Positions 1-12,455 of a DNA stretch of 64,000 bases are shown in pieces. The translations under genes were made by a program, and so were the position numbers. The notes beneath the pieces are model-generated. The model saw only the letters and a list, made by a program, of their open reading frames with translations, made no database searches and had not been told where the DNA came from. Each line of letters begins with the position of its first letter. The first letter of the stretch is position 1. The stretch lies in the NCBI RefSeq assembly GCF_009914755.1, contig NC_060928.1; one strand, given 5' to 3'. This DNA is from the human T2T-CHM13v2.0 reference genome, Homo sapiens.

Positions 1-4
1 TTTA

Positions 5-200
5 AATATACTAACTCATCTTTTCCTCACAATAAATCTATAAAAATTATACTATTATCTCTAACTTATAGGTGAAGAATTAGAAGTATAGGAGATTAAG
101 CACCTTACCTCAGTTTGCAAAGCTAGTGAGAATTGGAGCTAGAATTCAAAGTCATACAGATTGAAAGTTCTAGAATCTGTTCTCTGAACTACTAGCTACA
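5..200 (-). mobile_element. MIR SINE fragment
   Basis: Diverged match to the reverse MIR core (cctcacaa...attatc...gctagtgag...gaattcaaa...actactagctacac). Confidence 0.6.
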
Positions 201-884
201 CCTCAAAGCGAAAGAATTTGGAGTGTTTCAGTTAAGTAGTTGACATTTACTGAATTTAAATTGCATTCAATTCCTAATGTGTATAATATATTTTATCTGA
301 ATTCATGATGTATAGTTATAGGTTTGTTTTTGTCCTTAAAATTATTCCATTTTTTTAATGTAAATCTAAGACTCAGTCTAGCTATGATGGTAAGTAGAAA
401 AGAGTGAGGGCAATTTTCCTAGAGCAGAGGATACGTGAGTTAGGTATTAAAGAAATAACAAGAATAAAACATCTTCCAAATTTCTGTGCACGTCAAAATC
501 TTATCTAGTTTTCAAATTACAATATACAGGCTATGTTTTTTTATAAAAGCATTTCTGACTTTTTCCAGCCTGAAGTCATTGCTTTTCCACCAAATTTTTT
601 AAATAACAAATATATCTCTCAGGACATATTTTCTATCTTGTCTGACATTTATTTATAGATATGTTGTATCTTCTTTAAGATGGAATCCAGGCAAGGTTTA
701 TTTTTGTATTTCTTTTCCTTCCAATGTGATGAGTAGATAGGTGAGTGGAAGAATGAATGGATGATTAAAAGGATAGATGGATTGATGAATGAATGTCTCA
801 TGCCTTTGAAGTAACTCACACTTTTAATCCACATTTTCAATATTGCCAAGGGAATATTTTTTGTAAAAAAAATTGTTTTACTCC

Positions 885-1195
885 AGCCAGGCACGGCAGC
901 TCACGTCTGTAATTCTAGCACTTTGGGAGACTGAGGCTGGTTGATCACTTGAGGTCAGGAGTTCCAGTCCAGTCTGCCCAACATGGTGAAATCCCATCTG
1001 TACTAAAAATACAAAAATTAGCCAGACATGGTGTTGGGCTCCTGTAGTCCCAGCTACTCAGGAGGCTGAGGCAGGATAATCATTTGAACCCAGGAGGCAG
1101 AGGTTGCCGTGAGCCGAGATCACACTACTGCACTTCAGCCTGGGTGACAGGGCAAGACTGTATCTCCAGAAAAAAAAGAAAAGAAAAGAAGAAAG
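885..1195 (+). mobile_element. Alu (AluS-type), full length
   Basis: Dimeric Alu with a TACTAAAAATACAAAAATTA linker and an A/GA-rich tail. Confidence 0.95.
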
Positions 1196-1557
1196 CTTTA
1201 CTGATATGCTAAGACAAATTAATGATAAGTTATTGAATTGTTTCATAGAATTATCCGGGTAAGAAGGATATGCCATGTTGTTTGGCCTGATTGCCTGTCT
1301 TTCCACAAAACTACCCAATAGTCATTTTTTAATAATCATTTTGAAATTGTCATTACTCATCCCCCTAGTCTGTTTCTTTTATTAATTCATTTTTGTGCAT
1401 CTGTTTGAATATCCATATGTAAGGAACTATTTCACTGATGTGCCAGGCCTTTCTTATTTCCAATCAAAGTATTTCTCATCATAATATAAGCTTATTTTTT
1501 CTTAATTTTTGAATGCAGAGACTACCTCTGATACTTAAAAAAAGTAAATCAGTTACC

Positions 1558-1716
1558 CAGGACTGTCACATAATTTGCAAGGATAAGTGGAAAATAAAGA
1601 TGTGGGCCCCGTGTTGAAGAAATATTGTTAATTTCAAGATGGCGACAGCAGGTCATTAAAGCAATCACGGGGCCCTGTGTGACTGCATGGGTTTCACACT
1701 CATGAAGTGGGCCCTG
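1558..1716 (-). mobile_element. MER45A-like hAT DNA transposon (MITE)
   Basis: CAGG...CCTG termini and an internal TTCAAGATGGCGACAGCAG. The 8-bp flanks are CAGTTACC (1550-1557) and GAGTTACC (1717-1724). Confidence 0.75.
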
Positions 1717-1812
1717 GAGTTACCTTTAGACTTTTCGTCTGTAACCTTGATAATTAGCTATTTTGCCATGGAAGCAGAATTAAATACCTCTTTACTTCAC
1801 TTTCCAGTGGTG

Positions 1813-1860
1813 AAACAAAACAAAACAAAACAAAACAAAACAAAACGAAATGAAACAAAA
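1813..1860. repeat. (AAAAC)n microsatellite
   Basis: Directly visible. Confidence 0.9.
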
Positions 1861-1949
1861 CACCTTTGATGATAACCATGAAATGCCACCGAACATGTAC
1901 TTTAGGGGTGGTTAGGCTGTGTATTTACATGTTCTGCCTATTGAGATAT

Positions 1950-2940
1950 TAGAACATTATTGAAGTATAATGTAATACAGATGAGTGCACATTATAGGTG
2001 TACAGCTCTACAAATTTTCACCAGTTAAATACTCACAAATAGCCAGAAACAAATAAGGAAACCAAATTATTTGCATCCAGGATATCCCCTTGTGTCCCCT
2101 TTGGTTACTTACATTCTGCCACCCAAATTTAAGTAACATCATGACTTCAACAGCCTAGTTTAATTTTGTATGTTTTTATATAAATGTAATAACATAATAC
2201 GTACTTTTTTATGTCTGTTTTTTTGCGCCCAAAATTATGTTTGAGAGAGTCATCTCTGTCATTACATTCAGTTGTAGTTCATTCACTCTCATTGCTGTGT
2301 AAGATTCCATTGTGTGAACATATGACAATTTTTAATCTATTCTTTTGTCGATGGGCATTTGGATAGCTTCCAATGTTTGGGATATTACAAATAGTGCTGC
2401 TATGAAATAATGTTGTTGTGATCATTCTAGTAATGTATTTTTTGTGACTATATGTAGGAATCTATTTCTACTCTGTATGCACCTAGCAGTGGAATTGCTA
2501 AGTCATGAGTATGCATATGTTTCATTTTAATGGATACTTTTGAACAGTTTTTAAATTTGCTATACAAATTTACACCCAAATCAGTAGTATATGAGAGTGA
2601 TTGCTCCATATGCTAGCCAACACTTGATATAAGGCCTTTTTAATTTTAGCCATTCTGATGTTTGTGTAGTGATATTATATTGTGGTTTTAATATTTACAT
2701 CTCTGATTAATAAAGCTGAACACTTTTGCATCTATTTATTGGACATCTGAATATCTTTTTTGTGAAGCATCTGTGAAAGTCTATTGACCATTTTTCTAAT
2801 GGGTTGCTTATGTTTTTCTTTTTTATTTACAGGAGATCTTTATATATTCTGGATCTGGGTCCTTTGTTGGGTATATATGTTAAAATATTTTCTTCCTCTC
2901 TGTGGGTTGCTTATTCATTCTTTTAATAGTTTTTTTATAA
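1950..2940 (-). mobile_element. Ancient L1M (L1MC/ME-type) 3' fragment
   Basis: Antisense L1 3' motifs (gatgggcatttggatagcttcca, agtggaattgct, ttttagccattctgatg). Confidence 0.8.
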
Positions 2941-3634
2941 TGAACACTGGTTTATATTTGAAAACCTTTTTATTAAATAATTATATGACAAAACCCATAA
3001 AGGACAGAAAGACTTTCTATGAAAATATCCATCCAACCTTTGCACAAATGATACAAAATTGACTATGGTGAAGCCTAAAGTAACATAAATTTAAGTTAAA
3101 CAGAAAGAATAATACTGATGATGCATCAAAATCAAAGAATTTCCCACTGAAATAGTGGGAACTCCAACTATTTGTATGTGTGTGCCCAGTAAGAGCTTTC
3201 TGACATTGCCGACTATTGTGTGGCAACCAGACTTCTTAGCAGAATATTAAATATTTGATAAATTCTAATGGCACACTAATTTTAATTTATGAATATCAAA
3301 TTTTAATAACACTTATTAGTTCAGTGGATTATTGGTATTTAGTATTTAGACCTTTTTTATACATAAAATACAAGTCTCTAACACAGGTCTGATTAATTTC
3401 AAATAATGAATGAAAATTAGTCTTTGGCTTTTGTTTGCAGTCATATTTGCCTGTGGTCAATTATAACTTTCAGATGTTTTTCCCTACAAAGTTGGTGTTA
3501 ACAAGTCCTTCTTTCAAAATATACATGTATTATTGTTTGTTGTCTTCTAACATAATACAAAATCACCAGTGTTATACACGTCTCCTAGATATTTATATTT
3601 TGTCGTCAAAGGGTATGATTTTGTTTGCTAGACA

Positions 3635-3990
3635 TTTTTGTTCATTCATTTATTCATTTTGTTCATGTTTTCATTCACACATTCAATAAACTAGTTGCAC
3701 AACTGCTAGATACTAGGAAAATGGCCGTGAAGAATTAAAAAAAAAATCCCTGCCTACATGAAGCTTACATTCCAGTGAGAGTAGATAGATAAACATGATC
3801 TATAAATGTAGTATGTACTTGTAAATATGTATGCCTATATATGTATGTATAAATGTATGTAGGTATATATATACATATATATGTGTGTGTGTATATGTAT
3901 ATATACACACACACATATATATGAGGAAGAAGCTCTGGCTATCTTGAGAAGAGCATTCTAGGTGGGAGGATGCAAAGATCTGGAGGCAGG
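3635..3990 (-). mobile_element. L2 3' fragment interrupted by (TA/TG) low-complexity sequence at about 3800-3922
   Basis: CATTCATTTATTCA tail and ccctgcctacatgaagcttacattccagtg. Confidence 0.6.
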
Positions 3991-4274
3991 AGAGTGCTTG
4001 GATGAAGATAACTTCCATATTGTTGTTTTGATGACTTCAATTTGACGCTCACTGAGATATGTACCCTTTCAATCAAAGTCACAATTTGGCAATTATCAGG
4101 CTTGTCCCATGAACTTAAACTAGAAATAGACCTGAAAACAAAATTATTTACTTGGAAAACATAATGTGTGGTTCTGAAAATTAGAAATTAGAACCACTAA
4201 ATTCATCCGCTATTGAAAGAGTTCTGTGGCAATTTTGAGGCAATTTGATTTCAGAGGCTAAGTTGTGACTTGTG

Positions 4275-4638
4275 ATTTTCATAATTGAGAATGACATAGA
4301 AAGTGTTTCTACGGTTTTACTAAAAAAAATAGTGTTACTTTATTTTGTGTCCATGGGATACTAATAGTTTAAAAGTAAGGAAGAGCAATTTTATGAAAGT
4401 CTGTCAGGAATTCAGAATGTTATTCTAAGGTTCACAAATAATGAGGCAAAAAGCCATAATTTTCATAATTGAGAATGACATAGAAAGTGTTTCTATGGTT
4501 TTACTAAAAAAAATAGTGTTACTTTATTTTCTGTCCATGGGATACTAATAGTTTAAAAGTAAGGAAGAGCAATTTTATGAAAGTCTGTCAGGAATTCAGA
4601 ATGTTATTCTAAGTTTCACAAATAATGAGGCAAAAAGC
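4275..4638. repeat. Tandem duplication, 2 x 180 bp (period 184)
   Basis: 4275-4454 and 4459-4638 differ at 3 positions, with a CATA spacer. Confidence 0.95.
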
Positions 4639-5154
4639 AGTGTGCTGACTGTGATAACCTAACTCCAGAGATGCATGGTTACTGGGCACATTCGATCCCA
4701 GGGTTCTTCTATTAGCCTAAAACTCTCATCTTAGTGTTCTTTTCCACATATTTATAACTTGTGTGAAAAAAATGAACTGTTAATAAGATTAGATATTTAT
4801 TCAATTTACATAATTTAGTGTGCTAATAAATTTGAGATTCATAAAGAAGCAAAAAGACTGCTGAACAGGACTCTATATGCCACTTTTTTCACCTTAAAGT
4901 TTAAGATTTTGAAAATTGTTATGCCTGTGAAATAGTTTTTAATCTAGTTCAGATCAACTTTTCACTATTCCTCTAAAAGTATAATGATTTTCTAGCAATT
5001 ACAATAAAAATATTTTCATAAACATAGGAGTAATTAAGAAAAATGTCTAAGGAAGAACTACAGTAATTAACATACCAGGATTAAAGTTGACTAGCAAGAA
5101 TTACTAGAGCAGTTAAAAAATATCCATATGTCTTAATAGAAAGTTGTTGCTACA

Positions 5155-5310
5155 GAGAAATGCTAAATGTTTAAGGTGATGGTTATAGTAATTACCCTCA
5201 TTTGATCATTATACTATGTATAAATGCATTAAAATATCCCATTGTTTGCTGTAAATAAGTATAATTATTATGTGCCAATTATAAATAGAAAAATAAATTA
5301 AAAAGGAAAG
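5155..5310 (+). mobile_element. L1MA-type 3' end fragment
   Basis: aaatgtttaaggtgatgg...taattaccctcatttgatcatt followed by an A-rich end. It resembles 12310-12440. Confidence 0.7.
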
Positions 5311-7059
5311 ACAGGAATCAGATTCACTGAAATCAGTATTCTGTTTTCTTGAATTAATCAAATATTGAATTCTTAATTCAATAGTTCTCAAGAAATTATA
5401 AATAACATCATTTACTTATGTATTTTTTTCTGCTTTAATTTATTTCTAGAGTGATCCTTTCTTTCCTCCTCCCTCCTTCTCTTTCTCTCCTCTCTTCCCT
5501 TCCTCTCTCCTTGTTTTCTTTCCTTTTATCTTTTATGTATGTTTTTATGTTTATCTGTATGACCTACCCAATTTGTTTAAATTTCAGAAGAGCAGCTATA
5601 TGAGCAACATCTCATGACTGAAATACATCCCAGCATTATGTATGCAGCAATATTAGATGATGCTCCTCCTAGAGTTGTATCCCATAGGAGGTAGCCAGGC
5701 AATCAGTACCCTCAGCAAATCAGTGATGACGTGAGCAAATGATTTTACCTTTTTTCCATCCCAAGCAATAAGTTCACATATCTACTTGGTCAAATGTGGT
5801 TGCTTCTTTTCTCTTTAAATTTTTATATGTATCCTTAAAGTTAAAATAGGTCTTGATGGTTTTATGGGAAGGTATAGTGTTTGTAGAACATGACAAAATA
5901 TCTTTCCAACAAGAATAACACTATACAGTATATGATGTCAATAGTTTGCAAAGTAATTTCATTTTTGACCTTCTTTATTATTTACGTGCAATTTAATTAT
6001 TTGAAGTTACTTTTGTACCTTTCCATTATGTTTATTTGATGAAATTATGCTTATTGGGATATTACTAATACTTAAAATGAAAAAAAAATCAGAGATTGTT
6101 ATATATTAATGGAAAAGAAGTAGATTTAACCAGCTAATTCATGTAACACATTTTTATTGTTCATTTATAAACATGGTTCCTGTCCTACTTAAACTTAGAT
6201 TCATGTGTGGAGAGATAGACAATTGAGACATAAGCAAAGATACAAGTATATAGTCCAAATTGAGATGTGTGTGTGAAGAAAAACAATAGATGCAGTGGAG
6301 GAGAATGGGCTAGGGAGGACTAATTTTAAAATGTATGGTTAAAGAACATCTCTGAAGAGGTGACATTTAATTTGAGGCTTAAGTCACTGACTCAGAAGAC
6401 TGAGTGAAGAATATTCCGGAGAAAGGAACAGAATGTGGAAAAGTCCAAGAGAAGGAAGAGTCCTGAATCTTGTTTGCTTCACTTCCAAGGAAGTCTCACA
6501 TTTCCCCTTCTATTGCATCCATGACGTGAGATACATCTTGAGTAACTACTAGAGTTTTTTTTCTTTTTTTCTTTTTTCCAAACTAAAGGACTGTTTTTTC
6601 CTCATTACTCCTTTTTTCATGGATTATTCTATTTAAGAAAACCAATGTGGCCTCCCAGTGCCAGTGATTCTAAGTTCAGTGTGGTTTAGATAATTTCTAC
6701 TGCTGATATTAGGTTGAACTATATAAAATTACTATTTTGTGGGTCAAAAACACGATTGCTTACCATTCCACTTCGTTCTCTCTGCATATTTCTATTTGCT
6801 CTGTCAACCCTGAAAGATCTCTAGTGCTAACTTTATCACTGGGATGTTTTTGGATAATAAATTGAAAGGCAAAGACTTATTTTTAATGGCATTCACTATC
6901 ACACATTCTAAAACTGTTGAACTGTTGCAGAGAAAATTTGGCTGTATAGAAATATTTTTACCTAATATGGATAATCAAAACATGTAAGGGAATTGTGCAT
7001 ACTTTTCACTTTTAATTTTTTTGTTACATTAGGGCATCAAAATTCCAATATTCAAACAG

Positions 7060-10000
7060 ATTTTCAAGACGGCTGACTAGAGGCACCCAGCACTTGGTTT
7101 CTCCATAAAGAAGAACCAAAACAGTGAGTAAATAATCAGTTCAAATAGATCCTCTGAAAAACAACATTGGAATTCAGCAGAGAGGTTTCAAGAAACACCT
7201 GAGGCAGGGAAGGAGAGTGAAGCAAGGCAGCCAGCCCTCTGGGATACCCTGGGAGCCCACAGAAGATCCTGGTTGTGAGGCAGAGTGAGATAAGTGACGT
7301 ATCCCCAGTGGTCCACATTCCCACTGAGGATTCCTGAAATCCTAGCCATGGGAAAGCCCTCTCAGCCTTCACAAGCCCTATTACACAAGATTATTACAGG
7401 GAGCTGCTTGGAGTTCATGAGATGGCATTGCTCCAGAGAGGAAGCTCATGTTAGGTCCCACGTCCCCCAAGACCCAAGCAGCTGCAACATGACACCAATT
7501 TGAGAGCTTAGCATCCATTAGACTGTATACTGACATGGGGAATAGCCCCCATATCTTCACATCCCTGTAGCCCTAGTGACTTCCCCTAATATCCACCTGG
7601 AAGGCTGCCGTGGCACAACACAAGGTGGACCCGGCAGTGAGTACTGCCAGGTCCCCAGCGCTGTAGCCCACACAGTCCTACACTCCAGGTAACAGGTAGT
7701 AACAGCACACTGGAGAGGTTGGCCTCTGGACTAAGGGAGCCAAAGCAATGCAACACACAGCCTGAAAGCCACCTGCTGGGGACCACTGCCACTGACAGCA
7801 ACCCCACCACCCATAGTAGCAGAGCTGCAGCATACATCCATATGCCCTGAGGACAGATTCTGCCTACCTACCACTGCTACTGCCACCACTTGATCATGCT
7901 CTTAGGGATTTGGGAATGGCCCTGAGTTGCCCTCCAAGCCTGTACCTGTGCCTGTGCTGCCCCTCCCGGTGTTCAAGCACACCGCCTGGGGACCTGGAGG
8001 AAGTCCAGTGGCATCTGTCACTCTGGGCATGTGGATGCACCATCAGGAGGTCTGACAAAAGACACAACTTTGCTGCTGGCACATGAGCATGCTGTCTGGT
8101 GGCCTGGGGATCACCCCACCCCCACCCCCCACAGCCTTCTCCTGTGTGCATTTTCAGAGGGACGTGAGGACAGACTTACACTGCCTGGCACTGACTCCCT
8201 TATTGCCCAGCACAGCCAAGGGCCTGGGGACTGCACCCACTCTGCTGGTCACCCTAGGTCCATGTGCATACCATCAAGGGACCTAACAACAACCTAGATC
8301 ATCTGTTACTGGCATCCAAGCATGCAGTCTGAAGGGCTGGAGATTACCCCACTTTGTTCACAATAGTTAGCAACCATGCACCCCTACTGGGGGCTTGAGG
8401 ACAGGCCCACAGAGCCTGCTGCCACCGTCACCATAACCGACCCACATATGTCACTTGGGAAATGGCCTGTCCAGCTCATTACCACCACCGCTAACACCAA
8501 TGCATGCTGCTTGGGACCTCAAGGGTTGTTCCAACATTGCTACTGCCATTAATGATGTCATGCACACTGCCTAGGGACCCAAGGACCTGCCCCCATATGT
8601 ATAATATTATATATTTAGTGAAGTAATAATAGCTGGAAACTTTTCAAGTATAGCAAGAGAGTTAGACATCAAGATACAGTAAGCTTACAGATCCTCAAAG
8701 GATACAACATAAAAGGTTCTTCTCCCTGGGAAATTATAGATAAGCTGTCAAAAGTCATAAACGAAGAGAACATTTTAAATACAGCAAGAGAAAATCAAGT
8801 ACCTATTAGGGAACTCTTATCAGACTAACAGTAAATTTCTCAGCAGGAGAAATTCTTTCCTTAAAGCCAGGAAAGAATGGAATGATATATTCAATGTGCT
8901 GGGGAAAAAAGTCAGTCAAGAAAACTATATCCTAGCAAAGTTGTAATTCAAAAGTGAAAGAGAAGTAAAGTTTTTCCTAGGTAAGTGAAAACATGATATT
9001 CATCACTAAATTGGCCATACAAACAATGCATAAGGGAATCCTACACCTTGAAGTAGTATCTACCAGGATGGTATCTACCATCATGAAAATGCACAAAAGT
9101 ATACAACTCCCTGGCAGAACAAACGAAAATGAGGAAGATAAAGGAGTTAAATGTTACCACTACAGAAAACCACCAAACCACAATGATAAACAGTAAGAAA
9201 GAAAGAAACAAGAGATATAAAAAGGATATACCAATAAAAAAATCTAAAAACCAGGAATAAGTCCTCATCTATCAATAGTAACCTTGTATGTAAACAGATT
9301 AAATTATCTACTTAAAAGACATAGACTGGCTGAATGAATTAAATATACATGAGCTAACTATATGCTGCCTATAAGAAACTCATCATCTGTAAAGACATAC
9401 ACTGAAAGTAAAAGGATGAAAAAAGACATTCCATGCAGATATAATTTGCACCCAGATATATAAAGCAAATATTATTAGATCAAAGAGGAAAGAGAGACTA
9501 AAATACAGTAATAATTGGGGCTTCAGTTTTCAGCATTAGACAGATTACCTAGACAGAAAATCAACATAGACACACTGGATTTAAACTACACTTTGGACCC
9601 AGTGGACCTAATAGGTATTTACAAAATATTTTATCCAACAGCTGCAGAATACACATTCTTCCCAATGGCATAAGCAACAATCTCCAGGACAGACCATATG
9701 TTAGGACACAAAAGAAGTCTCAAAAAATTTAAAACAATTAAATTCATATCAAGTATCTTTCCAGACTACAATGGAATGAAACTAGAAATCAATAACAAGA
9801 ATTGTGGAAAGTCTAAAAATATGCAGAAATTAAATAACATGCTCCTGAGTGACTATTGGGTCAATGAAGAAATTAAGAAGGAAATAGAAAAAATTCTTGA
9901 AACAGATGAAAATGGAAGCACAACATACCAAAACTTATGGGATATAGCAAAAGCAGTGGAAAGAGGAATGTTTATACCAATAAACGCCCATTCAAACTCT

Positions 10001-12455
10001 TAAGTCTGGTAAATAAATTCAGTAAAGTTGCAGGATACAAGATCAACATGCAAAAATCAATAACATTTCTATGCATCAGTGACAACCTAGCTGAAAACAA
10101 GGATGCAAATTCCATTTACAGTAGCTACACACACACACAGACACAGAATCCTAGGAATAAATTCAGCCAAAGAGGGGAAAAATATTTAGAAAGAAAACTA
10201 TAAAACCCTGATGAAAAACATTGAAGGGGACACAAATAAATGGAAAGACATCCCATGCTCATGGATTAGAAGAATTGATATCATTAAAGTGACAGTACTA
10301 CTCAAAGCAATCTATGGATTCAATACTATTCTTACCAAAATATCATGACTTTTGGCCAGGCGAGGTGGCTCAAGCTTGTAATCCTAGCACTTTGGGAGGC
10401 CAAGACCTCAGATCATCTGAGGTCAGGAGTTCGAGACCAGCCTGGCCACCATGGGGAAACCCCATCCCTACTAAAAATACAAAAATTAGCTGGGCCTGGT
10501 AGCAGGCACCTATAATCCCAGCCACTCAGGAGGCTGAGGCATGAGAATTGCTTGAACCTGGGAGGTGGAGGTTGGAGTGAGCCAAGTTTGCGCCAGTGCA
10601 CTCTAGCCTGGGTGACAGGGTGAGACTCCATCTTAAAAAACAAAAACAAAAACAAAAAACAAACAAAAAAACAATGACATTTTCACAGAAATTAAAAAAA
10701 AAATTCTAAAACTTATTTGGAACAAAAAAGAGCCTGCACAGACAGAATAATTCTAAGAAAGAAGAACAAAGCTAGAAGCATCACACTATCTGACTTCAAA
10801 ATATGTCACAAGACTGTAGTAACCAACACAGCATGGTATTTACATAAAAACAAACACCACAAACCAATGGAACTGAATAGAGAACCCAGAAATAAATTCA
10901 CTTATTTAAAATCATGATTTTTGACAAAGACATAAGGAACATACATTGAGGAAAACACACCATCTTCCATAAATGTTGCTGGGAAAACCAGATATTCATA
11001 TGCATAAGAATGAAACTAGACCCCTCTCACTCAACATATACAAAAATCAAGTCTAGATACACTAAAGACTTAAACAAAAGATTTAAAACTATAAAATTGC
11101 TTGAGGAAAAAGAACAGGGTGAACACTTCAGGGCATTGGTCTAGGAAAGATTTTATGGCTAAGACATCAAAAGCATAGGTAACAAAAACAAAAATAGAAA
11201 AATGGGACTATATTAAACTAAAAATTTTCTGTATAGCAAAGGAAACAATAAACAGAATGTATGGACAACATTCTATATATTTATCCTATGTTGAATAGGA
11301 AAAAATATTTGAATAGGATAAATCTACACATTTATCGTATGTTGAATAGGAAAAAATATTTGCCAACTATTCATCTGACAAGGGACTAATATCCAGAATA
11401 TATGAAGAACTCCACTCAACAGCAAAAAATCAAATAACCCCATTTAAAAGCAGGCAAGGGATCTGAACAGACATTTCTCAGAAGAAGATATACATGTAGC
11501 CTACAAATACACAAAGAAATGCTCAACATCACTAATCATCAGGGAAATGCATATCATAACCACAATGAGATATATATCATCTTACCTGAGGTATATAATA
11601 GTTACTATCAAAAAGACAACAACTAACAGATGCAGGTGAGAATGCAAAAAAAGAAGTCTTCTAAACTGTTGGTAGGAGTGTAAATTAGTACAGCCATTAT
11701 GGATCACAGTAAGATCTATATGATTTTTTCAGAAGACTAAAAATAGAACTATCATACAACCTAGCATTTTCACTACTGGATATGCATCCAAAGGGATAAA
11801 GATCAGCATGTCAAAGGGATACCTATATCCTCATGTTTATTGCAACACTATTCACATTAACTAAGATATGAAATCAACCTAAGCATCTATCAATGGATAA
11901 ATAAATAGATAAGGATAATACACACACACACACAATTGAATACTATTTGGCCATAAAAAAATGAAATCTTGTCATTTGCAGTAACATGAGTGGGACTGGG
12001 GGACATTATGTTAAGTTAAATAAAAGAGACACAGAAAGAAATATTACATATTCTCACTCATATATGCGAGCTTAAAATGTTGATCTTATGGAGATAGGGA
12101 ATAGAATGATAATTACCAGTGGCTGGGAAGGATGTGTGCGTTGGAGAGCATGGGGCCTGAAGAGAGGCAGGTTATGGAAACAAAGATACAGTTACATAGA
12201 AGAACTAAGTTCTAATGTTCAATTGCACAGTAGGGTAACCATAATTAACAATAGTGTATTGTACATTTCCAAATAATTAGAAGAGAGGATTTGAAATGTT
12301 TCCAACACATAGAAATGATAAATGCTAGAGACAGTGGATATCCTAAATACCCTGACTTGATCATTTCATGTTGTATGCATGTAACAAAATACCATATGTA
12401 TCACATAAATATGTACAGTATTATATATCAATAAAAACCAAAAAAGTAAAAAAAT
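7060..12455 (+). mobile_element. L1MA-type LINE-1 retaining both ends, with large internal deletions and an inserted Alu
   Basis: GC-rich 5' UTR at 7060-8590, ORF1 remnants, ORF2 remnants (9698-10003 [10 protein letters not shown]...YQNLWD; 9937-10203 FSKVAGYKINMQKS; 10717-10917), an L1MA 3' UTR and an A-rich tail. Confidence 0.9.
10354..10670 (+). mobile_element. Alu (AluS-type) inserted in L1 ORF2
   Basis: GGCCAGGCG start, dimeric structure and an (AAAAC)-type tail. Confidence 0.95.

Noticed and set aside
4275-4638. Repeat as a CRISPR-like array or LTR pair
   Set aside because: There are only two long adjacent copies, with no spacers and no TG..CA ends or internal region. The DNA is eukaryotic.
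5726-6530. ATGACGTGAG (CRE-like) occurring twice
   Set aside because: These are isolated 10-mers about 800 bp apart with no other support.
7400-8590. GC-rich stretch as a gene promoter or CpG island
   Set aside because: It is CpG-depleted and contiguous with L1 ORF1/ORF2 remnants, so it is an old L1 5' UTR.
9698-10917. ORFs with L1 ORF2 similarity as functional genes
   Set aside because: These are frameshifted, deleted and Alu-interrupted fragments of a dead L1.
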